A program made the translations under genes and the position numbers. Shown here piece after piece: positions 8,386 to 17,845 of a DNA stretch of 64,000 nucleotides. Under the pieces are notes generated by a model that saw nothing but the letters and a program-made list of their open reading frames with translations, searched no databases and was not told the origin of the DNA. Numbering within the stretch: the first letter of the stretch is position 1; each line of letters starts with the position of its first letter. The stretch lies in sequence record PV796108.1, one strand, 5' to 3'.

Positions 8386-11003
8386 AGTTTACCCCCTTTT
8401 TTCAAAATGTATGCAGCTAAGTCCTGTTGTTTTTTCACAAAGACCGCATCATACTTGTGTTCTTCTATCCAAGAGAAGTCATCATAGTCAATGATACCGT
8501 CACCATTTACATTTAAAATGTTAAACAATTCAGGTTCAGTAGACAACTCTGTTTCTCCAAAGAATGAGATTAATGTATTTACGAATGCACCAATCTTCAC
8601 TTCTTGTTCTATCCATGTTCTTTCTTTCTCAAGCTGACTTGCTCGATAAGAGATTGGAATCTGGATAGTCTGTCCACGGTTTGTAGTTAAGAAGACTTCT
8701 AGTGGAACCTTCATTTTGTTCTCACGTTCAATATCTTCTTTGGCTGTTCCGTAGTTATCACATAGATTCTCTACTGTATCGAATCGTGTAACAACATGCT
8801 GAACTGTTTCTGATGTAGATAACACAACATGTTCTTGTACGCCAATACCAGTTTCTAAATCAATGATGTTGATAATGTCTTCTACATATTTCTTTCCTAC
8901 ATCTTCTGTTCGTAAGAATGGAGAGTAGTAATGATATAAATAGCGACCACTTTGTTCTTTCATTTTTAAGCTAGAGCGTTCGTATACTGGAATAATATAT
9001 CCTTTCTCCGCTTTCACATCTAAATCTAAATGAGTAATTGGATTGCCGTACTTATCAAGCGGTTCTACTACAACTAATGCTTGAGAGTAATCAGCTGCAA
9101 TTCCATCTGGAGTTACATGTGTGCGGAAACTTTCTAACTTCTCTACGTTGTTTGTTACATATAAGAATCCTTCATGTTGTGGAGTAGCAAATGGATTCAT
9201 ATCAATCATTGTAAGAAGTTTTTCTTCTTGGAATCTATTACCTTCTTGTGTAATCTTAATTGGATTCCCATCAGCTTTACCGAATCTAACACGAGCTGTA
9301 TCATACATATCAATATTAAAATCAACATTGTACGTATCTTTAGGTTGATAAGTCGCTCGAATCATTTTACGTTTCAGCTTCTTCTTTTCTTCTGGAGTAA
9401 GTGACATATAAATACGTCTACCTTGAATATCATAAGGTTCTCCGAATCGAATATTATCCAGTGTAGTAATGAATGGCTTGTGGCTTTCTGTTTCGATATC
9501 ATCAAATGCCACTTCAATGTAATCACTGAAACCATCATAGACTGATACTTCTTCATTATATGTTCTGTATTGTCCACTTACTGGGTCGAAGAATGAAACC
9601 TTACGCAATGGTTCTCCAGTTATCTTTTCTGCTAGGATAGGTGAACCATACTTTGGAACAGGTGTTATATCAATGAAGTCTTGTCGTTGATTTGAAATCA
9701 TAGCATCGAAGCTAGATCGAAGTATGATTGGAGAACTTGGTACAAACGGTTTATCAGATGTAGAAAGAAGAGTTAATTCTTTTGTATCTAATACACCTGA
9801 AGTAATTAAAACATCATCTACTTTACCAGAGAATGTTCCTTTACTTCCGCTACCAATAGAGATTGAACCTTTTAATGCAGGTAGTGTTTGTGTCTTTGCG
9901 GCAACAATTCGTTTACCGTCTACAAACATAGTAAGTTCGTATTGTGACCATGTTACAGCAATGTGTTTCCATGAGTTCATTGTGAATGTGGAAGCAGAAC
10001 TTACATTTTCTGTCCCATATACAAATGTAAACTTTCCAGACTCATAATACAAATGCATTTTATCACATTCGAAAACAGTAAATGCTGTTACGACTTTAGG
10101 ACTTAAAAACGTAGAGAACGTTCCTTCTAAAGGTTCAATATTGTTTTTAGATGGGAATGTAATCTTACTAGAAGCCCTTGTGTTTGGCTTGTCTAAAGTA
10201 GGAATGAAAGAAGTTTGTTGAGCCGACTCTAATTGTAGATTTCTCATTTCAAACGGTGTCCCTGCATTGCCCCATTTAATTGTAACAGCTTGGTTGTCTG
10301 CTGGTGTTGTAAGTGTATAAGCAAAGACAGTTTCTTCCGTACTAGATGGATTTAAAGTTGCTGGTGTCGCCCCTGTAATTGCAATTGCGCTCTTTCCTTT
10401 AGAAGTGAAAGATAATACATAAGTACCTTTCGTTGGAAGAGTTGCATTCACACTGTAGAAGTCACCATCTCCAGATGAACGAACATATGGAACATTACCT
10501 TTTCCTTTTCCTAACATATGAGATGCATTTGAATTGTACGCAATATTATCAGGAAGCAATCCAATAACTTCTAGGTTCGTACAAGTTGTGCCAACATCAC
10601 CTAGTAATCCTATCTTACCATTTGAGATATAAGGATACTCAATATGGAATACCTTTCTCTCATCTAAGAAGATAGCGAATGTTGTATTTTGCATAACCAC
10701 TTTTACTTTATATTCTTTGTTTGTAAATACAGGAAGTTCCATCATACCTAAAGATGTTCTTTCTTCTTGAAGGATGATATCAAAGTGAGCATAACCTTGG
10801 TTCTCACTATTAAAGAACTTCACTTCCATATAATAATTCGGTTCGTATATTCTAGGACTAACTCCAAATTCTTTTCCAGTGTATAAAAATGTAGCGTTGA
10901 TTTCTATATCTTTCCATTCTTGTTCACCGTATACAACATAACCTGGTGATAAGAATACAAGTCCTTCAGCCTTTTGTTCTGTTTGACCAATTGGATAATT
11001 CAT
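8382..11003 (-). CDS. 873-aa structural protein with concanavalin/LamG-like domains and a C-terminal EF-hand/dockerin-like motif
   Basis: LamG signature WKHIAVTWSQYELTMFVDGK...FSGKVDDVLIT; C-terminal LNVNGDGIIDYDDF. Confidence 0.7.
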   Translation of the reverse strand: MNYPIGQTEQKAEGLVFLSPGYVVYGEQEWKDIEINATFLYTGKEFGVSPRIYEPNYYMEVKFFNSENQGYAHFDIILQEERTSLGMMELPVFTNKEYKVKVVMQNTTFAIFLDERKVFHIEYPYISNGKIGLLGDVGTTCTNLEVIGLLPDNIAYNSNASHMLGKGKGNVPYVRSSGDGDFYSVNATLPTKGTYVLSFTSKGKSAIAITGATPATLNPSSTEETVFAYTLTTPADNQAVTIKWGNAGTPFEMRNLQLESAQQTSFIPTLDKPNTRASSKITFPSKNNIEPLEGTFSTFLSPKVVTAFTVFECDKMHLYYESGKFTFVYGTENVSSASTFTMNSWKHIAVTWSQYELTMFVDGKRIVAAKTQTLPALKGSISIGSGSKGTFSGKVDDVLITSGVLDTKELTLLSTSDKPFVPSSPIILRSSFDAMISNQRQDFIDITPVPKYGSPILAEKITGEPLRKVSFFDPVSGQYRTYNEEVSVYDGFSDYIEVAFDDIETESHKPFITTLDNIRFGEPYDIQGRRIYMSLTPEEKKKLKRKMIRATYQPKDTYNVDFNIDMYDTARVRFGKADGNPIKITQEGNRFQEEKLLTMIDMNPFATPQHEGFLYVTNNVEKLESFRTHVTPDGIAADYSQALVVVEPLDKYGNPITHLDLDVKAEKGYIIPVYERSSLKMKEQSGRYLYHYYSPFLRTEDVGKKYVEDIINIIDLETGIGVQEHVVLSTSETVQHVVTRFDTVENLCDNYGTAKEDIERENKMKVPLEVFLTTNRGQTIQIPISYRASQLEKERTWIEQEVKIGAFVNTLISFFGETELSTEPELFNILNVNGDGIIDYDDFSWIEEHKYDAVFVKKQQDLAAYILKKGGKL

Positions 11004-11027
11004 TCGTACACATCCTTTCCTTATTTT

Positions 11028-11056
11028 GTTGTAACCTGTTAAAAATCCTTTGACAA
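11028..11056 (-). promoter_or_regulatory. sigmaA-like promoter TTGTCA-N17-TACAAC, directly after a terminator
   Basis: -35 at 11051-11056 and -10 at 11028-11033, with 17-nt spacing, upstream of the 873-aa gene RBS. Confidence 0.45.
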
Positions 11057-11057
11057 T

Positions 11058-11081
11058 AGAAAAAGAGAGGTTTCCCTCTCT
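11058..11081 (-). terminator. Intrinsic terminator after the 1081-aa gene
   Basis: Minus strand reads AGAGAGG-GAAA-CCTCTCT followed by TTTTCTATT. Confidence 0.8.
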
Positions 11082-11096
11082 ATCCTAAAACTTTTA

Positions 11097-14000
11097 TTAA
11101 ACTTGCTTGAATTGTCGCTTAAATAATGTTTTCTTACTCGTAATTAGGAATCCACTATTCAAGATGTAGTTCGTTGCCTCTGGTTCTAATTGAACACCGC
11201 CATCAAACTTGCCTGGCACATATGCAACTTGTCTTGCTTGAGGAATCTCATCTTCACCATAGGTAGTTGTGATTGGCTCACTATACAGGAAGTGTTCTTT
11301 CTGACCAAGATAGTAATAACCATTTTTAATAGTTGGGAACCAATTATCTTTTGGCACTCTATCTTTCAGTGAACCTTTCAAGAAGTATTCGCCATCCTTT
11401 TTATCTACCCATGTTTGAACCCAAAGATCGTTATCCTCTACAACAAATTGAAGGTCTTCTATTCCTCTTGCACCTTCCCATGTTGTTGGTAATGGTAGCT
11501 TCATTGAGAAGCCCTTACCTGGACTACAGATACCTGCAAAGTGTTTAACCTCAGGAGAACGCCATACTTTATCAACGCCGCCTTCTTCTTTATAGGTAGT
11601 ATCCATATGAAGTGTAATACTTTCAGGTACTTCGCATTCATATGTTACATAATATTCATCTCCAGCTTTTGGCTCAATGCCTCCAGCAGGTGACCAATCC
11701 ACATAGTTACCATTACGCTTGAAGTCTCCAATCTTTGCAATGTCATTATACTCATTGTATTGAACCATGCCGTCTTTGCTTTCAACACGTTTAATGTTGA
11801 TAACTCGTGCATGTCCTAATACGTCTTTACCGTTTCCGACTGCACCACGAACTCGAAGTTCTTTTGTGATAGTTGTTTTACGATAAGTAATGTCGATGCT
11901 TTTTAATTGGATGTTTTCTTCTGCAAGTGGAGTGTCATCTTTCTTCTTCACACTTCCAGCAATGATTTCAATTACATATGGATTCTCAGTTACTTTTGCT
12001 TTTGGATGAATGATAGGTAAAGTGATTGGCGCAGGTACGACAATTTTCTTTCCCACAATAAGAGGTGTTGTATCAACCGATTCATTCTCCTTTAATAAAT
12101 CTTCTATATAAATAGAGAATTTATCTGCAATCGTTTTCCAAGTATCTCCTGCTTTCACCACATAGAAGAATGTTACAGCATCTTGTGTATCAGGGATTAG
12201 ATACGTACGTCTAAATTCTTTACGTACATCATTCGGGTTTACGACCCCGCTAAATATCTTCTCTTCTGAAACCCAATCCACATCTTCTTCTTGAGGAGGT
12301 CGGTTTACGATGACAACGAGTGTATCACTCTCTTTGTTGGCATTACCTGTTTCATAAGCATTGTGAGAACTCTTTTCTGTGTAAGCTTGTGTTGTGCCCT
12401 TGAAGGAGAAACCAATAACAGGGTTAACTGTTTTATTTGGAATCTTTACATACTGTCCTTCTACTAACATTCCATTCGCTTCATATAACAGACCTGGGTT
12501 TAATGCAATCAAGTCAGTTTCTAATACACCGAACTTCATAGCGATGTATCTTGTTCTATCACCTTTAACAGTGTAGTGCATTTCATCGGGCCATCCTGAA
12601 GTTACATAGTAACGATACTGTTTACCTTTAGTTAAGTTTGGAGTAAATGTCGGAGCCATTACAATCTCTTCTAGTTCTCCATAAACCATAGACCCTCCAC
12701 CATATTGATAATGAAGAGGAACACCAAGTTCACCTGGTTTGTTTTGACGAAGCACTTCACTATACACTTTATCTTTTGGATTACGTGTTAAGTTTGTTCT
12801 GTCGAACTTCTTCGATTCACTTTCCCAATATAGCAATAAGTCTGTTGGACGTTTTACCTCATCAAGTAAATGGTACTCGAAGTCAGTTGGTAAGCTGACA
12901 CCTGGTAACGCTGGTGAATACTTTGGATAGTTAAATTGAATTGTATTCATATCTAATACCATTTCTTTACCAGTATTATTGTTGTGTACAGCAGAAGTTT
13001 GTTGCGTATTCTTTACGATATCCTCTTTGTATTCCATCCAAGAACGGAAGTTTACAAAGTCAACAACAGGGGTTGATTTATCAATACGTCTTCGTAGTTC
13101 GATTCGTAAGAAGAAATCTTGATCCGTTGGCTTCTTCATACCCTTTTGTGTTCTACCATATGGTTCGAATCTATCATAAGGAGCATCCATATTCTTTGTG
13201 TAATCAATGAAGTTATAGAAGATACTAGTATCCTGAGATTCTGGTGGTCGATAAGATTGGTCATCCCATACATCCCATTTCAGATTGCGGACTAATCCTT
13301 TCTTAGTTCCTGTTACACTTCCATTAGATGGAGCAATATATGGAGAATCAATATAGCCATATGTTCTTCCTGGCTTCAATCGAATACGTCCTACGTTGTT
13401 TTTATATGGACAAGATACTTTGCTGAATACAACATTATCAGTAGAAGAACTTGAACGAACCCAAAGTGTAGTTCCTTCTGGCTCATCAGCTTTATAATGG
13501 ATACTTGTTACTTCTTTGAATGTTAATGTCTTATCTTGAGCAAGACGCTTCATATCAATAACAGCTGTCCATTGTCCGTTTTTCGAACGTTCATTAGCAT
13601 TACCACCAACTACTTGTAACCAATATACAGATGGGGATGTTAGGTCATCACTCGATGCCATCCATACTTTAATGCGAACGTAGTCACAACCTTTGTAGTC
13701 AGGTGATGTAGCAGTTAATAATGTTTGTCCATTCGTTGCTGGTTTCTCTGTGAAAGTTAGGGGGGCATAAGTATTCCACGCCCCGCCTTTTACTTTCGCT
13801 TGCATCTCCATACGGATATGAGAAGTCTGTGCTTGTACACCTTTAAAGTCGAATCTTTCACCTGTATGCGTATCAGGGAGGGAGATTGTAACTACATGAA
13901 TTCCATATTGAATATTAGGAATCACATAAGTTGCTGACAAGTTTGGATTTCCTTGTGTAGAGAATGTGTATGTTTGAACAGGTTGTTTACCAGCTTCTGT

Positions 14001-14342
14001 TTCAGATTCAACTTTTACTGTAACCTCTTTAGCGCTTGTTAAAGCAGCTGCATACACAATAGCAAGTTTACTACCTGTAGCTTGGAATTGAATAGATGCT
14101 CCAGCTTGTGTTGATGACCAAGTTGTTTTACCTGAGTCAATTGTCCATATGCCATTTTGAATTAGAAATTCTGGGGCTAGTGGCTTGTACCAAGCTTGTG
14201 GTAAGTTCACTTGAGCTGAAACCTGAGTCGTTCCAACTAAAGCTTCTTTTGTATAAATAGCATGTGTTTCGTAAGAACCTGAGAAGGCTCTGATTCGACC
14301 ATACCAAGATGTACCATAAAAGTTAACACCATACTGTGCCAT
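11097..14342 (-). CDS. 1081-aa baseplate/fibre-associated protein with two LysM domains
   Basis: HYTVKGDRTRYIAMKFGV...LIALNPGL (~12440-12580) and YVVKAGDTWKTIADKFSI...LLKEN...LIVGKKIVVP (~12030-12175). Confidence 0.75.
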   Translation of the reverse strand: MAQYGVNFYGTSWYGRIRAFSGSYETHAIYTKEALVGTTQVSAQVNLPQAWYKPLAPEFLIQNGIWTIDSGKTTWSSTQAGASIQFQATGSKLAIVYAAALTSAKEVTVKVESETEAGKQPVQTYTFSTQGNPNLSATYVIPNIQYGIHVVTISLPDTHTGERFDFKGVQAQTSHIRMEMQAKVKGGAWNTYAPLTFTEKPATNGQTLLTATSPDYKGCDYVRIKVWMASSDDLTSPSVYWLQVVGGNANERSKNGQWTAVIDMKRLAQDKTLTFKEVTSIHYKADEPEGTTLWVRSSSSTDNVVFSKVSCPYKNNVGRIRLKPGRTYGYIDSPYIAPSNGSVTGTKKGLVRNLKWDVWDDQSYRPPESQDTSIFYNFIDYTKNMDAPYDRFEPYGRTQKGMKKPTDQDFFLRIELRRRIDKSTPVVDFVNFRSWMEYKEDIVKNTQQTSAVHNNNTGKEMVLDMNTIQFNYPKYSPALPGVSLPTDFEYHLLDEVKRPTDLLLYWESESKKFDRTNLTRNPKDKVYSEVLRQNKPGELGVPLHYQYGGGSMVYGELEEIVMAPTFTPNLTKGKQYRYYVTSGWPDEMHYTVKGDRTRYIAMKFGVLETDLIALNPGLLYEANGMLVEGQYVKIPNKTVNPVIGFSFKGTTQAYTEKSSHNAYETGNANKESDTLVVIVNRPPQEEDVDWVSEEKIFSGVVNPNDVRKEFRRTYLIPDTQDAVTFFYVVKAGDTWKTIADKFSIYIEDLLKENESVDTTPLIVGKKIVVPAPITLPIIHPKAKVTENPYVIEIIAGSVKKKDDTPLAEENIQLKSIDITYRKTTITKELRVRGAVGNGKDVLGHARVINIKRVESKDGMVQYNEYNDIAKIGDFKRNGNYVDWSPAGGIEPKAGDEYYVTYECEVPESITLHMDTTYKEEGGVDKVWRSPEVKHFAGICSPGKGFSMKLPLPTTWEGARGIEDLQFVVEDNDLWVQTWVDKKDGEYFLKGSLKDRVPKDNWFPTIKNGYYYLGQKEHFLYSEPITTTYGEDEIPQARQVAYVPGKFDGGVQLEPEATNYILNSGFLITSKKTLFKRQFKQV

Positions 14343-14353
14343 AGTCTCCCTCC

Positions 14354-16552
14354 TTAGTCTTTATATTCTACAACGAGTTGTGCAAAGTTGTTCATGTAGC
14401 AGAATCCGCCGCCCCAAGCATCATAGATACAGATACCTTGTGCTTGCCAGTTTACAATCCTTTGAACATACTCTACAGGTATTGGAATGGTTTTCGTTTG
14501 TCCTACTTCGAGAGCTGTATCCCATGATGGAATATAAGAACTCCAGTTGTTTCCTGACCACCCTACTCTATCTCCTACGTATCCACCAAAGTCTCTTGTA
14601 TGGTTATGAGTATAGAAGTGAAGTAGTCGTCCTTGGTGAGCTGGAGCTGTACCACCGTCAATACGTTTCACACGGAAGTAAGCATTAATAATTCTCTTAC
14701 CAGATAAGTTACTTCTAATATCACCTTCACGGAAGTAATACATGCTTGCCCAGTGACCACTTGCACCGCCACCATAATATCCACGAGTATGATTATAACC
14801 TTCTTGTGGTCTCCATCTATGCGTCGTCCAGTTGTAAGCATGGCAGTGATGACTATCATAGGTGATAGTTTTAATTGGCTTATCCTTTGTTCTGAAAGGA
14901 GTCTCTGTCCATGGCCCGCAGCCTTTACGGTTACATGCTCTTACCCATGTTGTATACCATGTCTCAGGTTGGAAGCCATCAATCCAAGCAGCAGTACCTC
15001 CACCATTGTTCATTTCAGCTGGATGCATTGTATGTTTATAGATATAATACTCAGCTCTAGGAGTTGGGTCCCATCTCATTGTTGTATACCATTGCTCTGT
15101 TCCTTCGAATCGAACATTCTTAACTGGGCCAGGTGGTTGTAATGGGTCAAAGGTAATCGGTCCAACTTCTTTCCAATCACTTTCAAGTCCACTAATATCA
15201 ATCGCTTTTACACGATACCAAATCTTACGTTCTTCTACTTGAAGGACATGTCTTGTACTCGTGTTCTTGCCTTGGTAGTACATACTCCAGTACCCATTGT
15301 CATGATTACTATTATGCATAGGAACAGCAACAGTCTGAAGTTCATAACGGTCTAATCCCATAGGGAGCTTTTGACTTGTAGTAAACGTATAGGCTTTACG
15401 AAGTCTTCTGGATTTATTTCCATAGAAGTCTACTGTTCTAATTTCTAATGAGATAGTTTGATTCATTAAATTTAACTTCCCATTTTCAATAGCGAAGTCT
15501 AATGGGATGAATAAGTTGTTATCTCTTTCAATCGCTTCTTTTCTAAAGATAAGAGATGATTTATATCTTTCATTCGGACCATAAGTGAAGTCAACAACAT
15601 AACACCATACATCTGGACTATTATCTAAACCTAAATTCCATAGCACACTTGCAACAGGTTGAGGGTTTGCAGACCAAGATAAGTCTACTGAGTTGTCTTC
15701 TATTCCGTCATGTTGATATCGTAAGTAATCAATTTGATACATACTAGCATTTGGGAAGAACGGATCAATCTTCTTAACTGGAAGAGGAGGAATGTTAGAA
15801 AGCATTTCTAAATACATAGAGATGTGTTCTAAATCCGAGATACCCAGTGAATCACTAACTTGGTCAAGAACTGCAAGCTTAGGTGTATTCGATGCAACCC
15901 AACCTTGTACATAACCATGTTCAGCTTCACCAATGTTTCGACCATCTAGTTTCTCAGTAGGGTCAGTTGGGCGAATCTCTTTTGAAGCAGTATATTGAAT
16001 GCCTTGTAACTCTCCAAAACGCTTCAATAACTCTTGCAGGTTTGTGAAGTCCTCTTTACTTGGAGCAACTCTACCTGTGAATAAGTCATTGATGATAGCA
16101 ATGAACCCATTCTTATATTGAGGAAATCCATTCGCAAATCGAGTTAGATTTGTCTTTAATGTTTTAAAATAAGTATCACGAGTTACCTTGTCACCTATTT
16201 TATCCACTACAGCCAATTGAAGTTCTTCTCCTGGTACATAAGAACTGTATTCAAAACTTTGAACAACAGAAGTATCACTCGCAGTAGAATCTGAATATGT
16301 TGTTACCGTCCACTGATATCTTTTCTTATCAGTAAAAGTAAAATTAATATCAGAACAAGGGACGATAGTTCGTCCCGTGTTTTCATTGTGAGTGTAAAGG
16401 AGTGTACCTAAACTTCCGCTTAGTTCTTCATAGATTCGAATAACGGCTCTTGTCTGCACATGGGGAGGTGTCCAAGCAAAGCGTAGAGAAGGTGCAATGT
16501 TTGGACTCATTAAACTACCGTATGCAGGACTCAATCCTTCTGGTCTATTCAT
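14354..16552 (-). CDS. 732-aa tail fibre/tip protein with FN3 domains
   Basis: FN3 signatures WYRVKAIDISGLESDW and PPGPVKNVRF...MRWD...YTTWVRACNRKGCGPW; Trp/Tyr/His-rich C-terminal tip domain. Confidence 0.7.
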   Translation of the reverse strand: MNRPEGLSPAYGSLMSPNIAPSLRFAWTPPHVQTRAVIRIYEELSGSLGTLLYTHNENTGRTIVPCSDINFTFTDKKRYQWTVTTYSDSTASDTSVVQSFEYSSYVPGEELQLAVVDKIGDKVTRDTYFKTLKTNLTRFANGFPQYKNGFIAIINDLFTGRVAPSKEDFTNLQELLKRFGELQGIQYTASKEIRPTDPTEKLDGRNIGEAEHGYVQGWVASNTPKLAVLDQVSDSLGISDLEHISMYLEMLSNIPPLPVKKIDPFFPNASMYQIDYLRYQHDGIEDNSVDLSWSANPQPVASVLWNLGLDNSPDVWCYVVDFTYGPNERYKSSLIFRKEAIERDNNLFIPLDFAIENGKLNLMNQTISLEIRTVDFYGNKSRRLRKAYTFTTSQKLPMGLDRYELQTVAVPMHNSNHDNGYWSMYYQGKNTSTRHVLQVEERKIWYRVKAIDISGLESDWKEVGPITFDPLQPPGPVKNVRFEGTEQWYTTMRWDPTPRAEYYIYKHTMHPAEMNNGGGTAAWIDGFQPETWYTTWVRACNRKGCGPWTETPFRTKDKPIKTITYDSHHCHAYNWTTHRWRPQEGYNHTRGYYGGGASGHWASMYYFREGDIRSNLSGKRIINAYFRVKRIDGGTAPAHQGRLLHFYTHNHTRDFGGYVGDRVGWSGNNWSSYIPSWDTALEVGQTKTIPIPVEYVQRIVNWQAQGICIYDAWGGGFCYMNNFAQLVVEYKD

Positions 16553-16564
16553 TTAAACTCCTCC

Positions 16565-17578
16565 TTACTTATCAAATATACCTGGATGGGCTGGCATGAT
16601 GTGTAGATAATCTAGGTCTAATGTTACATCAGCACTAGTAGGTAACTTGGCAATTTCAAATTCAGGAATCTGATTTGGACCATTACCTTCTACAATCATA
16701 ATTGGATACATACTTTTCCATTGTCCTGAAGTAAATACATCTGCACGAATTGTATCTTTAATTGTTTTACCACCAACGGTTACAGATACTTCGATTAAAC
16801 TTTCAGGAATTGGATTATCGACACGAGCACGAACACAAATTGCATAGTCTCCATACTGTAAGTTTGGAGCTTTTACTTTCCATATTGATGTCTTTGTTTT
16901 ACCTGTAACTCGTCTAGCTTTGTTTGTAGCTGTTTTATAGTCAGTAATAACTGAACCACCAACGGCATCATCAGCAAGCCAAGTACGATCAAACATACTG
17001 TTTAGCTTTCCAGAGAAAAATGTGTTTCCTTTTACTTCACCGCCAAGAGACATAGATAATTTATCTACAATAGACTTCTCGATGCTTGTAGCGTTCTCAG
17101 AAGTTAAACGAATATCTGCACCAGTTAAACCAGTTGCAGTTAAGTCGATATTCTTTTTAGGAAGTAAGCCTTGCACTTCTTTTGTTAAATCAATTTTAGA
17201 AGCTCCACCTACTTGACCTAAATGTTTGTGCTCTTCAATTGTATTACCTGTGTCAGGTTTCCAGTTTGGACCACCATAACGCTTATCGTAGTTCTTGCTT
17301 TCTAACGTATCAATACGACCATCAACCGTACCTTGGTCAACTCCATCTTTATCAATGTGAGGATTAATACCAAGGATACGTTGAACTGCCATGACTGCAT
17401 CAGCTAAAGCATTGACATGCTCTGCCATGTTGTAATCTTTTAAGTTCTCATACCCACTAATGTTTGGGTTGAAGCCAGGATTTGCTTTGTCACGGCTATC
17501 AAACTTATCTGGATAATGAGACATATTCAAGTCAGTAAACTTTTTATTACCGACAGCATTTGCTTCACTACGAGCCAT
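16565..17578 (-). CDS. 337-aa short fibre / fibre-attachment protein
   Basis: N-terminal YPDKFDS...MAEHVNALADAVMAVQRILG motif is shared with the 1..3697 fibre; HKH motif; C-terminal jelly-roll-like region. Confidence 0.6.
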   Translation of the reverse strand: MARSEANAVGNKKFTDLNMSHYPDKFDSRDKANPGFNPNISGYENLKDYNMAEHVNALADAVMAVQRILGINPHIDKDGVDQGTVDGRIDTLESKNYDKRYGGPNWKPDTGNTIEEHKHLGQVGGASKIDLTKEVQGLLPKKNIDLTATGLTGADIRLTSENATSIEKSIVDKLSMSLGGEVKGNTFFSGKLNSMFDRTWLADDAVGGSVITDYKTATNKARRVTGKTKTSIWKVKAPNLQYGDYAICVRARVDNPIPESLIEVSVTVGGKTIKDTIRADVFTSGQWKSMYPIMIVEGNGPNQIPEFEIAKLPTSADVTLDLDYLHIMPAHPGIFDK

Positions 17579-17590
17579 TTATCTCACTCC

Positions 17591-17845
17591 TTATTTACAT
17601 TGTCTATAAAAGCTGTCTAACTCGCCAAGCTTTTCAAGAGCACGTTCTAATGCGTACTTTTCACCAAGTTCTCTCTTGTAATCTTTAGGGTCTACACATG
17701 CAGATGTTCCTACGATTTCAAAGCCATTCGTTAATTTAATTAAACAGACAGTTGTCTTCGTCCCCATCTTTTGATACTCGCAAGTCATAACCCAAGCTTT
17801 TGCTAAATCTTGTTTATACTGAGTAAACTCTTCAACGTATTTCAT
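17591..17845 (-). CDS. Phage protein of the N4 Gp49 / Sf6 Gp66 family
   Basis: KTTVCLIKLTNGFEIVGTSACVDPKDYKRELGEKYA matches the family consensus as I know it. Confidence 0.75.
   Translation of the reverse strand: MKYVEEFTQYKQDLAKAWVMTCEYQKMGTKTTVCLIKLTNGFEIVGTSACVDPKDYKRELGEKYALERALEKLGELDSFYRQCK

Noticed and set aside
11050-11080. Perfect TTGACA on the plus strand
   Set aside because: No -10 box at 16-18 nt spacing and no plus-strand gene; it is the complement of the minus-strand -35 region.
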